Assembly: GCA_037189665.1 (NCBI GenBank) | Contig: JBBCIV010000030.1 | Location: forward strand, 1-48,087 | Source of the DNA: Phycisphaerae bacterium | GTDB taxonomy: Bacteria; Planctomycetota; Phycisphaerae; Tepidisphaerales; Tepidisphaeraceae | Length of the DNA: 48,087 bases | Direction: 5' to 3' | In this document: piece by piece, positions 9,109 to 18,004 of the stretch | Numbering within the stretch: the first letter of the stretch is position 1 | Layout of the letters: every line of letters begins with the position of its first letter | The notes under the pieces: model-generated | Told to the model about the DNA's origin: nothing | Databases searched by the model: none | Seen by the model: only the letters and a program-made list of their open reading frames with translations | Made by a program: the position numbers and the translations under genes

Positions 9109-9309
9109 AAATCACGACGAAGCACTACCTGATTCCTCCCCCTCCGGGAGAGGTTAGGTGGGAGCCTTTACCAAGGGGCGCACACATTCGATATTCAAAG
9201 GCCCTCTCCTGGCCTCCCTCGGAGGGAGAAGAGTGGAATTAGGCGTTCGATTGCGCCCCGCGGCGAGGCGGAGTTCTCCCTCATCCAACCCTCTCGGCGA
9301 GGGAAGAGG

Positions 9310-10281
9310 TCAATGCACGCCGTGTTCCGCCAGCCATCGCTCGGCGTCGATGGCGGCCTTACAGCCCATGCCGGCGGCGCTGATCGCCTGGCGGTAGACC
9401 GAGTCGGACACGTCGCCGGCGGCGAAGACGCCGTCGATGTTCGTGTAGGTGCGGAAGCCGTCCTTCAGCTTGATATAGCCGGTTTCGTCGAGCGCCAGCC
9501 CGCTGTCCTTCAGGAAGTGCGTGTTCGGCGTATGCCCGATCGCGATGAACAGTCCCTTCACCGGCAGATCGCGCGTCTCGCCGTTCTTCACGTTCTTCAG
9601 TCGCACCGCGTCGAGGTGGCTGATGCCGAGCACGTCTTCGACGACCGTATCCCAGATGACCTCGGCCTTGGGGTTTTCGAGGATGCGCTTCTGCATCGCC
9701 TTGCTGGCGCGGAAGCTGTCGCGGCGGTGGATGACGTACACCTTCGACGCGAACTTGGTGAGGTACGACGCCTCTTCCATCGCCGTATCCCCGCCGCCGA
9801 TGACGGCCAGCGGCTGGTTGCGGAAGATGGGCAGCGCCCCGTCGCACACCGCGCACGCGCTCACGCCACCGCCCGAGGTGGCGAGGCGAATCTCGTTCGG
9901 CAGGCCCAGCCAGTTGGCGCTGGCGCCGGTGGCGATGATGACCGAGCGGGCTTCGACGACCTTGTCCTCGTTGGTCGTCAGCTTGAACGGCCGGCCGTTG
10001 AAATCGACCTTGGCGATGTCGAGCGTCTCGACCCGCGTGCCGAACTTCACGGCCTGGTCCTTGAATAACTGCATCATCTCCGGCCCGGTAACGCCTGCCG
10101 GAAAGCCGGGGTAATTTTCCACCTCGGTCGTCAGCATCAACTGCCCGCCGGGCAACTGGATGGTGGGCGTTTGCTTGGGAACGCCTTCGTAAACGACGGG
10201 GTTAAGGTTGGCCCGCGCCGCGTAGATTGCGGCGGTCCATCCCGCGGGTCCGGAGCCGATGATGACGACGTTTTCTGCCAT
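9310..10281 (-). CDS. trxB: Thioredoxin-disulfide reductase
   Basis: VVIIGSGPAGWTAAIYAARA (FAD site), CAVCDG redox-active disulfide, VIGGGDTAMEEA (NADPH site). Start trimmed to MAENVV (ATG 10281). Confidence 0.9.
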   Translation of the reverse strand: MAENVVIIGSGPAGWTAAIYAARANLNPVVYEGVPKQTPTIQLPGGQLMLTTEVENYPGFPAGVTGPEMMQLFKDQAVKFGTRVETLDIAKVDFNGRPFKLTTNEDKVVEARSVIIATGASANWLGLPNEIRLATSGGGVSACAVCDGALPIFRNQPLAVIGGGDTAMEEASYLTKFASKVYVIHRRDSFRASKAMQKRILENPKAEVIWDTVVEDVLGISHLDAVRLKNVKNGETRDLPVKGLFIAIGHTPNTHFLKDSGLALDETGYIKLKDGFRTYTNIDGVFAAGDVSDSVYRQAISAAGMGCKAAIDAERWLAEHGVH

Positions 10282-10381
10282 GGTTGGTCGAAGAATGATA
10301 GGCGAAATGTCGCGTCGATGCACGGTTTGCGAGCGCCAGACAAGGCGCGAAACGCGACGGACGTGCTATGATTCGCCCGCC

Positions 10382-11047
10382 ATGATGTTTCAGCTGCTTC
10401 AGACCGACCCGCGACAGTACTTCGCGATCATCATTGTCGTGATCGTGAGCATTATCCTCCACGAACTCGCCCACGGTTGGGCGGCGGTAAAGCTGGGAGA
10501 CGATACGCCCATTGAAACCGGCCATATGAGCACGCTGAACCCGCTGGTCCACATGGGGCCGGTGTCGCTGCTGTTATTGGCGGTCTTTGGGATTGCCTTT
10601 GGCGCGATGCCGGTGAACCCGTCGCGCCTGCGGGGCAAGTATGCCGAATCGCTGGTGGCGGTGGCGGGGCCTGCAATGAACGTCTTGCTGGCGATCGCGG
10701 GGATCGTGGCGCTGGGCCTATGGTGGCGCTTCGGCGAGGTGAACAAAGAGAATCAGGTGGCGGTGAACGCGGCCATCCTGCTTCAAACATTGGGCATGTA
10801 CAACATCGCCTTGGCGATCTTCAATATGCTGCCCGTGCCGCCGCTGGACGGGTCGCGCATCGCGGCGAACCTGTTCCCGGGCTACCGTCGGCTGATGGAT
10901 TCGGGGATGGCGCAGGGCTTCATGCTCGCCATCTTTTTCGCGATGTTCATGGGCGGCGGCCGCTACATCTTTGGCGCATCGCATTATGTGTGGCTGCAGG
11001 GCGTGTTGTTGGTCGCGGGACCCACTGTGGGTGTGTCAGAAAACTAA
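10382..11047 (+). CDS. Site-2 protease/peptidase M50-family zinc metalloprotease (membrane)
   Basis: HELAHGW HExxH motif inside a TM helix and several TM segments. Start at MMFQLL (ATG 10382). Confidence 0.65.
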   Translation: MMFQLLQTDPRQYFAIIIVVIVSIILHELAHGWAAVKLGDDTPIETGHMSTLNPLVHMGPVSLLLLAVFGIAFGAMPVNPSRLRGKYAESLVAVAGPAMNVLLAIAGIVALGLWWRFGEVNKENQVAVNAAILLQTLGMYNIALAIFNMLPVPPLDGSRIAANLFPGYRRLMDSGMAQGFMLAIFFAMFMGGGRYIFGASHYVWLQGVLLVAGPTVGVSEN

Positions 11048-12111
11048 AACGCCCGCTCGTATTGCACCGGCGGCTTGGCGCGATCGGCCTGTCCCAGTTC
11101 TCGCGCCGCGTGCAGCGGCCAGTTCGGGTCGCGAAGCGATTGCCGGGCGATCAGCACCATGTCGGCCTGGCCGTTTTCGATCACCGCCTGTGCCTGCTTT
11201 GCGCCGGTGATGAGCCCGACCGCCGCCGTGGCGATGCCGGCTTCGCGGCGGATTTGGTCGGCGAAGCGAACCTGGTAGCCCGGCTCGACCGGAATCTTCG
11301 CTCGAAGCGCGTTTCCGCCGGTGCTGGTATCGATGCAATCGATGCCCACGTCCTTTAGCCGGGCGGCGAGCGCCACGGAATCGTCGATCGTCCATCCGTC
11401 ATCGACCCAGTCGGCGGCGCTGATGCGCGTCCAGACCGGCAGCGCATCGGGCACAGCCTCTCGCACGGCGTTGGCGACTTCGAGCGTGAAGCGGATGCGG
11501 TTTTCAAAGCTGCCGCCGTACGCATCCGTGCGGCAGTTCGACAGAGGCGAATAGAAGCTGTGCAGCAGATAGCCGTGGGCGGCGTGGATTTCGATCACCC
11601 GGAATCCCGCCTCCACCGCCCGGCGGGCGGAATCGACGAAGCGGTCGTGGATGGCGTGGATCTGATCGACGGTGAGTTCCAGCGGCGTGGCGTAGTTGTC
11701 GGCGAAGGCGATAGGGCTCGCGCCGGCCGGCTGCCAGCCGCCCTGTTCGGGCGGAACGAGATCGCGCCCCTTCCACGGCACCTGCGTGGACGCCTTTCGA
11801 CCCGCATGGGCGAGCTGGATACCGGGGACCGCGCCATGCGAATCGATAAACCGCGCGATACGCGACCACGCCTTTGTTTGCCCGTCATTCCAGATGCCCG
11901 TATCCGCCGGCGAGATGCGGCCGATCGCCTCCACCGCTGTCGCTTCGGTGATCACAAGCCCCGCGCCGCCCGTCGCCCGGCTGCCGAGGTGGACGAGATG
12001 CCAGTCGTTCGGCAGGCCGTCGGTGGCGCTGTATTGGCACATCGGAGAGATGCCGATTCGGTTTCGAAAGGTAACGGATCGTTGAGTGAGAGGGGAGAAC
12101 AGGTCGGCCAT
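11044..12111 (-). CDS. NADH:flavin oxidoreductase, Old Yellow Enzyme family
   Basis: MADLFSPLTQRSVTFRNRIGISPMCQY..., HAAHGYLLHSFYSP, and a TIM-barrel OYE pattern. Confidence 0.85.
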   Translation of the reverse strand: MADLFSPLTQRSVTFRNRIGISPMCQYSATDGLPNDWHLVHLGSRATGGAGLVITEATAVEAIGRISPADTGIWNDGQTKAWSRIARFIDSHGAVPGIQLAHAGRKASTQVPWKGRDLVPPEQGGWQPAGASPIAFADNYATPLELTVDQIHAIHDRFVDSARRAVEAGFRVIEIHAAHGYLLHSFYSPLSNCRTDAYGGSFENRIRFTLEVANAVREAVPDALPVWTRISAADWVDDGWTIDDSVALAARLKDVGIDCIDTSTGGNALRAKIPVEPGYQVRFADQIRREAGIATAAVGLITGAKQAQAVIENGQADMVLIARQSLRDPNWPLHAARELGQADRAKPPVQYERAF

Positions 12112-12156
12112 GCTGGAGTGTAGGCCGATTTATCCGACGGCCGCAAGCGGTGCGAC

Positions 12157-12654
12157 CTAAGGGTTTTCGGGCAGTTGCTGGCCGAATTTTGCAGGTAGAT
12201 CGCGTCCGGGCGGGAGGGCGTCGAGGATGCTCTGGCGATATTTCGGCAGCAGGCCGTCCGGCAGGGCATCGGGCGAAAACCACCGCACGTCGACCGATTC
12301 GTCGTCGTTCACGCGCGCCTCGCCTGCGACAACACGGCAGCGAAAGCAGACCGTGACGTACTGCGCCCGATCGCCGTTGCTGTAGGCCATCTCGGGCTCG
12401 GTATAAACGCCGCTGAGCCGCTCGATCTCCACATCCAGGCTCGTCTCTTCCCGCACCTCCCGAACGATGGCGCCGGCGGGGGAGTCGCCTGGTTCCATGA
12501 CGCCGCCGACGATGCCCCATCGCCCGTTATCGCTGCGACGGGTGAGCAGGACCTGCCCAAGATCGTTGAACACCGCCGCCGTCACGCCGGGCAGGAAGAG
12601 CAGATCGTTGCCGATCTTCCTGCGGAGGGCGATGACGAAGTCGGGAATCGGCAT
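12157..12654 (-). CDS. NUDIX hydrolase
   Basis: Nudix box GGVMEPGDSPAGAIVREVREETSL (Gx5Ex7REUxEExGU). Confidence 0.8.
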   Translation of the reverse strand: MPIPDFVIALRRKIGNDLLFLPGVTAAVFNDLGQVLLTRRSDNGRWGIVGGVMEPGDSPAGAIVREVREETSLDVEIERLSGVYTEPEMAYSNGDRAQYVTVCFRCRVVAGEARVNDDESVDVRWFSPDALPDGLLPKYRQSILDALPPGRDLPAKFGQQLPENP

Positions 12655-12676
12655 GATGGCGATCCGAGAGCGTGCC

Positions 12677-13735
12677 CTACAGCGCCGCGATCACCGCGTC
12701 GGTGACGGCGCCGGTCGACGCGATGCCGCCGAGATCGCGCGTGTGGTTCTTCGTGTCGGCGACCACCTTTCGGCAGGCCTCGTTGATGGCGGTGGCGGAC
12801 TTCGGCTGCTCGAGGAAGTCGAGCATCATCGCCACGCTCAGGAAGGTGGCGATCGGGTTGGCAAAGCCTTTTCCGGCGATGTCCGGCGCCGATCCGTGCA
12901 CCGGCTCGAACATGCTGGCCGTTTGCCGAGTGGGGTTCAGGTTGCCCGACGCTGCCATGCCCATGCCACCCTGAATGGCGGCTCCCAAGTCAGTTATAAT
13001 GTCCCCGAACATGTTGGTGGTGACGATCACGTCGTACCGCTGCGGCTGCGTGACCATGTACATGGTACAGGCGTCGACGTGGTCGTAAGCGCTCTCGATG
13101 CCGGCGTATTCCCTTGCCACCTCTTCGAACGCGCGCATCCACAGGTTGTGGGCGTAACGCAGCACGTTGGTCTTGGCGACGAGCGTCACCTTCTTGCGGC
13201 CGAACTTTTTAGCGTATTCGAAGGCGTAGCGGACGGCCCGCTCGACGCCGTGACGCGTGGTGACCTCGATCTGGTTCGCGACCTCGTTCTTCGTGCCCTT
13301 GTAGAGGAAGCCGCCGTTCTGGCAATACAGGCCTTCGGTGTTCTCGCGGACGATCACCATGTCGAACGGGTCTTTCTTTGCCAGCGGCGTGGGAACGCCG
13401 GGCAGAAGACGCGTGGGACGGAGGTTGATGTACTGATCGAGCTCAAACCGCATCTTCAGCAGGATGTCGGTCTCGATGAGGCCCTGCGGGATCTCCTTGT
13501 TGCCGCGCGGATCGGCGCCCACGGCGCCGAACAGGATCGCGTCATGCTCGGCCAGTTCCTTCAACGCGGAATCGGGAAGGGTGACCTTGGTCTTCAGGTA
13601 GTGCTCGGCGCCGAAGGGGTAGTCGGTCGTCGAGTACGAGAAGCCGAACTTCTGCGCCGCCGCCTTCAGGACCTTCAGGCCCTCGGCGACGACTTCCTTA
13701 CCGACAAAATCACCAGGCATCACTGCGATCTTCAT
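12677..13735 (-). CDS. Isopropylmalate/isocitrate/tartrate dehydrogenase family enzyme (LeuB-like)
   Basis: MKIAVMPGDFVGKEVVAEGLKVL N-terminus, GSAPDIAGKGFANPIATFLS, NLNPTRQT. Start ATG 13735 after an AGGAAG RBS. ATGA overlap with the miaA stop. Confidence 0.8.
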   Translation of the reverse strand: MKIAVMPGDFVGKEVVAEGLKVLKAAAQKFGFSYSTTDYPFGAEHYLKTKVTLPDSALKELAEHDAILFGAVGADPRGNKEIPQGLIETDILLKMRFELDQYINLRPTRLLPGVPTPLAKKDPFDMVIVRENTEGLYCQNGGFLYKGTKNEVANQIEVTTRHGVERAVRYAFEYAKKFGRKKVTLVAKTNVLRYAHNLWMRAFEEVAREYAGIESAYDHVDACTMYMVTQPQRYDVIVTTNMFGDIITDLGAAIQGGMGMAASGNLNPTRQTASMFEPVHGSAPDIAGKGFANPIATFLSVAMMLDFLEQPKSATAINEACRKVVADTKNHTRDLGGIASTGAVTDAVIAAL

Positions 13736-14661
13736 GTGCTTCCTTCCAGGATGGAATCGAGCAGGATAGGGACAGGATCGCTTCCGTTCAACCACCGCAC
13801 CTGATTCCACCGCCGGAACCATTTCGTTTGCCTCCGGGCAAGCTGGCGGGTGGCGATCTTGATTTCCTCCACCGCGTCCTCCAGCGACAGCCGCCCGTTG
13901 AGGTGTTCGATCAGCTCATGATACCCCGTCGCCTCGGCGGCGGTCTGGGAAAGCTTGCCGAAGCGGGAAAGCAGCGAACGCGTCTCCTCCAACCACCCGG
14001 CCTGCATCATCAACTTCGCGCGGGCGTTAATCCGACGGTTCAGATCTTCTTTGTTCCAGTTCAATCCGAACCACGTCGCGTTGTGCCGATGCTTCGCCGA
14101 TTCCCAGTCGGTTTGGAAGGAGGAGATCGGCTTGCCGGTCAACTCATATACCTCCAGTGCCCGTACCAGCCGACGGCGATCGTTCATGTGAAGGCGCGCG
14201 GCGCTCTCCGGATCGACCTGCTTCAGCCGATCGTGCAATGTCCGGAGCGGCTCTTCATTGAGGCGGGCGCGGATGGTCTCATCGGCGCCGGGGCCTTCAA
14301 ACAGGCCTTCAAACAACGCCTTGTAATACATCGGTGTGCCGCCGGTCGCGACGAGCGGTACGCCTCGATTGGCGGCATCGGCGATGATCTGATCCGCCTG
14401 CTGCACGAACGATGACACCGCGAACGGCTCTGTCGGATCGACCACGTCGATCAGGTGATGTTTCACCCGCGCCTGTTCGTCGGCGGAGGGTTTGGCTGTA
14501 CCGATGTCCATGCGTCGATACACCTGCATCGAATCGACCGACAGGATCTCTGCGCTGATCTTCTCTGCCAAAGCCAGCGCCAACGCCGATTTGCCCGACG
14601 CGGTCGGGCCCAGAATCACAAAAATTGCGGGAGAGACTGCCATCTCGACAACACCTGTCAA
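13732..14661 (-). CDS. miaA: tRNA dimethylallyltransferase
   Basis: P-loop ILGPTASGKSALALALAEK, SVDSMQVYRRMDIGTAKP. Confidence 0.9.
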   Translation of the reverse strand: MTGVVEMAVSPAIFVILGPTASGKSALALALAEKISAEILSVDSMQVYRRMDIGTAKPSADEQARVKHHLIDVVDPTEPFAVSSFVQQADQIIADAANRGVPLVATGGTPMYYKALFEGLFEGPGADETIRARLNEEPLRTLHDRLKQVDPESAARLHMNDRRRLVRALEVYELTGKPISSFQTDWESAKHRHNATWFGLNWNKEDLNRRINARAKLMMQAGWLEETRSLLSRFGKLSQTAAEATGYHELIEHLNGRLSLEDAVEEIKIATRQLARRQTKWFRRWNQVRWLNGSDPVPILLDSILEGST

Positions 14662-14754
14662 AGTTGCATCCGGTTATAAGAAACGCCCATTTCAATATCC
14701 CACAAAAGCTCTGAAAAATCAGCCACTTACAGCAGGTAGGCCGTTGCGGTTGGC

Positions 14755-14803
14755 CTGGCACGCACTTTGATTATGTGTTTTTCGCCCGCAGTGGTTGCGG
14801 GCG
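14755..14803 (+). promoter_or_regulatory. Sigma54-like -24/-12 element (cTGGCACGcactTTGAt) followed by a perfect 8-bp inverted repeat (CGCCCGCA-gtggt-TGCGGGCG) in the hsp20 leader
   Basis: TGGCACG at 14756-14762 matches the -24 consensus 7/7. The -12 element is TTGA rather than TTGC. The hairpin is at 14783-14803 and AAAGGAGG at 14824-14831 precedes ATG 14839. Confidence 0.3.
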
Positions 14804-14838
14804 GAATAGAGTTGATAAGCATGAAAAGGAGGTTTGTC

Positions 14839-15294
14839 ATGGCACTGCCCACCCGTGTTCAACGTGCGATGCATGATCCGCTGGACGTGCTGCCGCGTGA
14901 GTTTGGAACGTTGATGGATCGCTTCCTGTCGGGCCGCGATCTTCTGGGCAACGGTTCGTCGTTTGCGCCGTATGGCGTAGACGTTCGCGAAGATGCCGAT
15001 CATTTCTACGTCGAGGCGGAACTTCCCGGCTTTAAGAAGGAGGAGATCGACATCACGCTGGAAAACGCCACGCTCACGATCAATGCCGAACGCAAGGCCG
15101 AATCGAATGAAGGTGAGGCCAACAAGGGCGACTGGTTGCTTCGCGAGCGGCGTTACAGCCGATACAGCCGCAGCTTTACGCTGCCGCCGACGGTCGATGA
15201 GAGCACCGTCGATGCCAAGCTGATGGATGGCGTGCTGAAGATCACGCTCAACAAGCGCGAGGAAACCAAGCCGCGCAAGATTACGGTAACCTAA
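14839..15294 (+). CDS. Hsp20/alpha-crystallin family small heat-shock protein
   Basis: YVEAELPGFKKEEIDITLENATLTINAERK...GVLKITLNKRE alpha-crystallin domain. Start set at ATG 14839 after a strong RBS. Confidence 0.85.
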   Translation: MALPTRVQRAMHDPLDVLPREFGTLMDRFLSGRDLLGNGSSFAPYGVDVREDADHFYVEAELPGFKKEEIDITLENATLTINAERKAESNEGEANKGDWLLRERRYSRYSRSFTLPPTVDESTVDAKLMDGVLKITLNKREETKPRKITVT

Positions 15295-15407
15295 AGTTAG
15301 CGTTTCAGGTTTAGCGCCGCACCTCGCGGTGCGGGTTCCCCGGCGTAATCGTGGGGAATCCGTGCCGGGGTGCGGTGCTGGACGTCTTCCGCGGTCTTCG
15401 CGGGCGA

Positions 15408-15887
15408 TCAGCGTTTGCGGTCGACGATGTTCTGCTGTTCTTTCCACGCCTTGCGCCGGCGCTCGGCGAGGTCGTCGTCGACGGTCTTGCCCCATGAATA
15501 GGCGTCGATCGTGCTGTCGTACACCGCGAGCTTCGCGGCGTTCGGCTTGATCACGTCTTCCACGAGTTTCTTGTGGATCGGATGCTCGTCGTACGCGCGA
15601 AGCGAGGCTTCGGAGTCGAACGACATCACCAGCGCCAGGTCATAGGAGGAATCGACGACGCTTCGTTCCGACGCCAGCTTGCGGCCGTAGCCGACCTCGA
15701 TCACGCCGGGGATTTGTCGCAGTTCTTCCATCGACGCGATCACCGGTGTCGCATCCACGCCTGGCTTCAGCCAGAGGATGACGATGTGGCGGATCTGGCC
15801 GGTCTCGGTCAGCCCGTGTGGCGTGCTGGTGCAGCCGGTAAAGATCAGAAGAAGGGGGAGCAAGGGGAGGATCAGCAGTCGTTTCAT
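15408..15887 (-). CDS. Lipoprotein with Dabb (stress-responsive dimeric alpha+beta barrel) domain
   Basis: Signal/lipobox MKRLLILPLLPLLLIFTGC. HIVILWLKPG...ELRQIPGVIEVGYG...HPIHKKLVE is Dabb-like. ATGA overlap with the queG stop. Confidence 0.6.
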   Translation of the reverse strand: MKRLLILPLLPLLLIFTGCTSTPHGLTETGQIRHIVILWLKPGVDATPVIASMEELRQIPGVIEVGYGRKLASERSVVDSSYDLALVMSFDSEASLRAYDEHPIHKKLVEDVIKPNAAKLAVYDSTIDAYSWGKTVDDDLAERRRKAWKEQQNIVDRKR

Positions 15888-16873
15888 GATTGGTTCTCCA
15901 GGACGATCCGCGCGTTCCGCTGAAACAGCGGCAGTTTCACCCGCCGTAGCGTGGAACGGCGTGTGGTGGTGTGATACTCGTCCAGCGTCCAGTTTGCCAC
16001 TGTTTCGGCGTTGAGCGATTCAAATCTCGGCTGGAGGAACGCGTCGATCGCCGTCGGCGCTCGCCCGTTGAACGGGCACACGTCTTGACAAACATCGCAG
16101 CCGAAGAGCCAGTCGCCCATCTGTTTTTTCAACGCCGGGTCGATCGCGCCGTCATGTTCGATCGTGAGATACGAGATGCACTTTCGCGCATCCAGTTCAT
16201 ACGGGGCTGTGATCGCGCCGGTGGGGCAGGCGTCGATGCAGCGGGTGCAGGTGCCGCAATGATCGGTCTCGGGCTCGTCGAACGGCAGGTCGAGGCTCGT
16301 CAGCACTTCTGCGAGGAAGATCCACGATCCGATCCGCGGATGGATCACGCACGAGTTCTTCCCCTGCCACCCAATCCCCGCCCGCACCGCCAGCTCCCGC
16401 TCCATCACCGGCACGGTATCGACGCCCACTTTGGTCTGCGCTTCGGGAAAGGTTTCGCGGATCCAGTCGGCCAGGTCGTACAGGCGGTCCTTCACGTGCG
16501 TGTGATAGTCCTGCCCGCGGGCGTACCTGGCGATCGATCCTTGTAGCTGCGACGCCTGCGTTGCCAAATCGTTTGCGGATGAACCGCGAATGGGCGACGC
16601 AGGCGTCGCAGCTACATCGCCCGCATTGTAATTGACCGCCACGCACACCACCGACCTCGCCGGTGGAAAATACACGCGCGGATCAAGCCGTTCCTCCGCC
16701 CGGTCCGCCATGTAATGCATTTGCCCATGCTGCCCGCGAGCGATCCAGTTGAGGTAGTAGTCGCGCCGGGCGGAAGGGGTCGCCGGCGCAATGCCGCACA
16801 GGTCGAAGCCGAGTGACTGGGCCTTCTGCTTGATGAGTTGAGCTTGTCGTTCGCGTGCGTCCACTGCGGACAT
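15884..16873 (-). CDS. queG: Epoxyqueuosine reductase
   Basis: 4Fe-4S ferredoxin motifs CGTCTRCIDACPTGAI and CDVCQDVCPFN. QueG-like N-terminus and C-terminal HEAT-like tail. Confidence 0.85.
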   Translation of the reverse strand: MSAVDARERQAQLIKQKAQSLGFDLCGIAPATPSARRDYYLNWIARGQHGQMHYMADRAEERLDPRVYFPPARSVVCVAVNYNAGDVAATPASPIRGSSANDLATQASQLQGSIARYARGQDYHTHVKDRLYDLADWIRETFPEAQTKVGVDTVPVMERELAVRAGIGWQGKNSCVIHPRIGSWIFLAEVLTSLDLPFDEPETDHCGTCTRCIDACPTGAITAPYELDARKCISYLTIEHDGAIDPALKKQMGDWLFGCDVCQDVCPFNGRAPTAIDAFLQPRFESLNAETVANWTLDEYHTTTRRSTLRRVKLPLFQRNARIVLENQS

Positions 16874-16888
16874 GAGGCCATTGTCGTG

Positions 16889-17968
16889 CTACAGCAACGC
16901 CTTGTACATCTCGAAACGCTTGATGAGCTTGTCGCGGAGTTCGACGTGGTCGCCGGGGAAATCGCAGATGTTTTCGGCGACGTCGGCGAGAAGTTTGACC
17001 ATGTTGTGCCAGTCGCGCAGGTCGACGTATTCAGGGCCGATCTTGCCGGTGGCGGCGTTCATGTTGTGATAGTTGCCCAGCGGGATGCAGACGGCGGCGG
17101 AGAAGTAGTTCCAGGCGTCGAAGACGGTGGCCTCGCAGGTGCCGCCGGGCATGAGGGCGCGTTGCCATTTGAAGGCGGTGTCGGTCTTGGCGATCTCCTC
17201 GGCCCGCTGCTGGATGAAGCGGGTGAAGGCGGAGTTGAAGATGCTCGTGCGGTCGCCGGTGCGGAGGATGACGCCGTCGCCTTGCTTCGCGTAAGTCTGC
17301 TCGGCGGAGCACTCGATGGAGACGATCAGGTCGGTGGCGCGGAGCAACTGTCGGTTCTGGGCGGCGGCGATCGCGCCGACGAAGCCTTCTTCCTCCGCGC
17401 GCGTCAGCAGCACGCCGACGGGGGTGGGCAGCTTGGCTTTATACAGCTTGTCGAGCACCGATAGCGCCGATGCCGCGCCGGCAAGGTCGTCGCAGACGCG
17501 ACAGTAGAATTTGTTGCCCTTCACGCTCGGGCCGCCCTGATCCCACATGCCGACCGTACCGCGCGGGACGATGGTGGGGATGCGAATCGTCGCCCCGACC
17601 GGCCGGCCCGATGGATCGACCTCGACGCCGACGATCTGCCCGCGCACCTCGCGCGAGTGATCGAAGAACCGCACCTTCTGCCCTGCGAAGTATTTGGCGT
17701 GCACGCCGCCGTTGAAGCGGGCGCGGAGGGTTTTCTTGTCTTCCATCTCCTGCGCGGTGAAGCCGGGATGGTCGAGGTGCGCCACCAGCACCACGCGCGG
17801 CCCGCGGCTGATGCCGGGCAGTTCCAGCAGTACGTTGCCCGCGTCATCACGGCTGACCGCGATGCGCTTGCGCGACTTGGTCCACTGAAGCACCCACTCG
17901 ATAACGCGGTGCTCGGCGAAGGGAGAGGTGGGGACGGCACAGAGTTGCTTGAGAATGTCGATCGCCAT
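16889..17968 (-). CDS. M42 family metallopeptidase (FrvX/aminopeptidase/endoglucanase-like)
   Basis: MAIDILKQLCAVPTSPFAEHRV...VVLVAHLDHPGF...metal-binding pattern typical of M42/M20. Confidence 0.65.
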   Translation of the reverse strand: MAIDILKQLCAVPTSPFAEHRVIEWVLQWTKSRKRIAVSRDDAGNVLLELPGISRGPRVVLVAHLDHPGFTAQEMEDKKTLRARFNGGVHAKYFAGQKVRFFDHSREVRGQIVGVEVDPSGRPVGATIRIPTIVPRGTVGMWDQGGPSVKGNKFYCRVCDDLAGAASALSVLDKLYKAKLPTPVGVLLTRAEEEGFVGAIAAAQNRQLLRATDLIVSIECSAEQTYAKQGDGVILRTGDRTSIFNSAFTRFIQQRAEEIAKTDTAFKWQRALMPGGTCEATVFDAWNYFSAAVCIPLGNYHNMNAATGKIGPEYVDLRDWHNMVKLLADVAENICDFPGDHVELRDKLIKRFEMYKALL

Positions 17969-18004
17969 GGTTCGCCGTTTTTCCTGTTCTGTGCCGCCGA
18001 AAGA

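Noticed and set aside
9109-9309. Search for ribosomal protein L34 (rpmH) upstream of rnpA
   Set aside because: The minus-strand reading of the spacer gives only MRENSASPRGAIERLIPLFSLRGRPGEGL, which is not L34-like. No rpmH is called.
9313-10068. 251-aa plus ORF antisense to trxB, plus other antisense/alt-frame ORFs opposite the IPMDH gene, the polytopic membrane-protein paralogs, the Pro-rich membrane protein, the amidohydrolase, the CvpA/GspE-like pair, glgP and pyc (12467..13804, 17657..18823, 20156..21496, 23406..24464, 28315..29421, 34879..36180, 36143..38026, 38859..41372, 39383..40912, 40925..42148, 43440..46691, 45817..46959)
   Set aside because: All have biased low-complexity translations (R/A/G/P/D/H runs) and lie opposite ORFs with unambiguous conserved motifs. 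GC-rich genomes generate such ORFs by chance.
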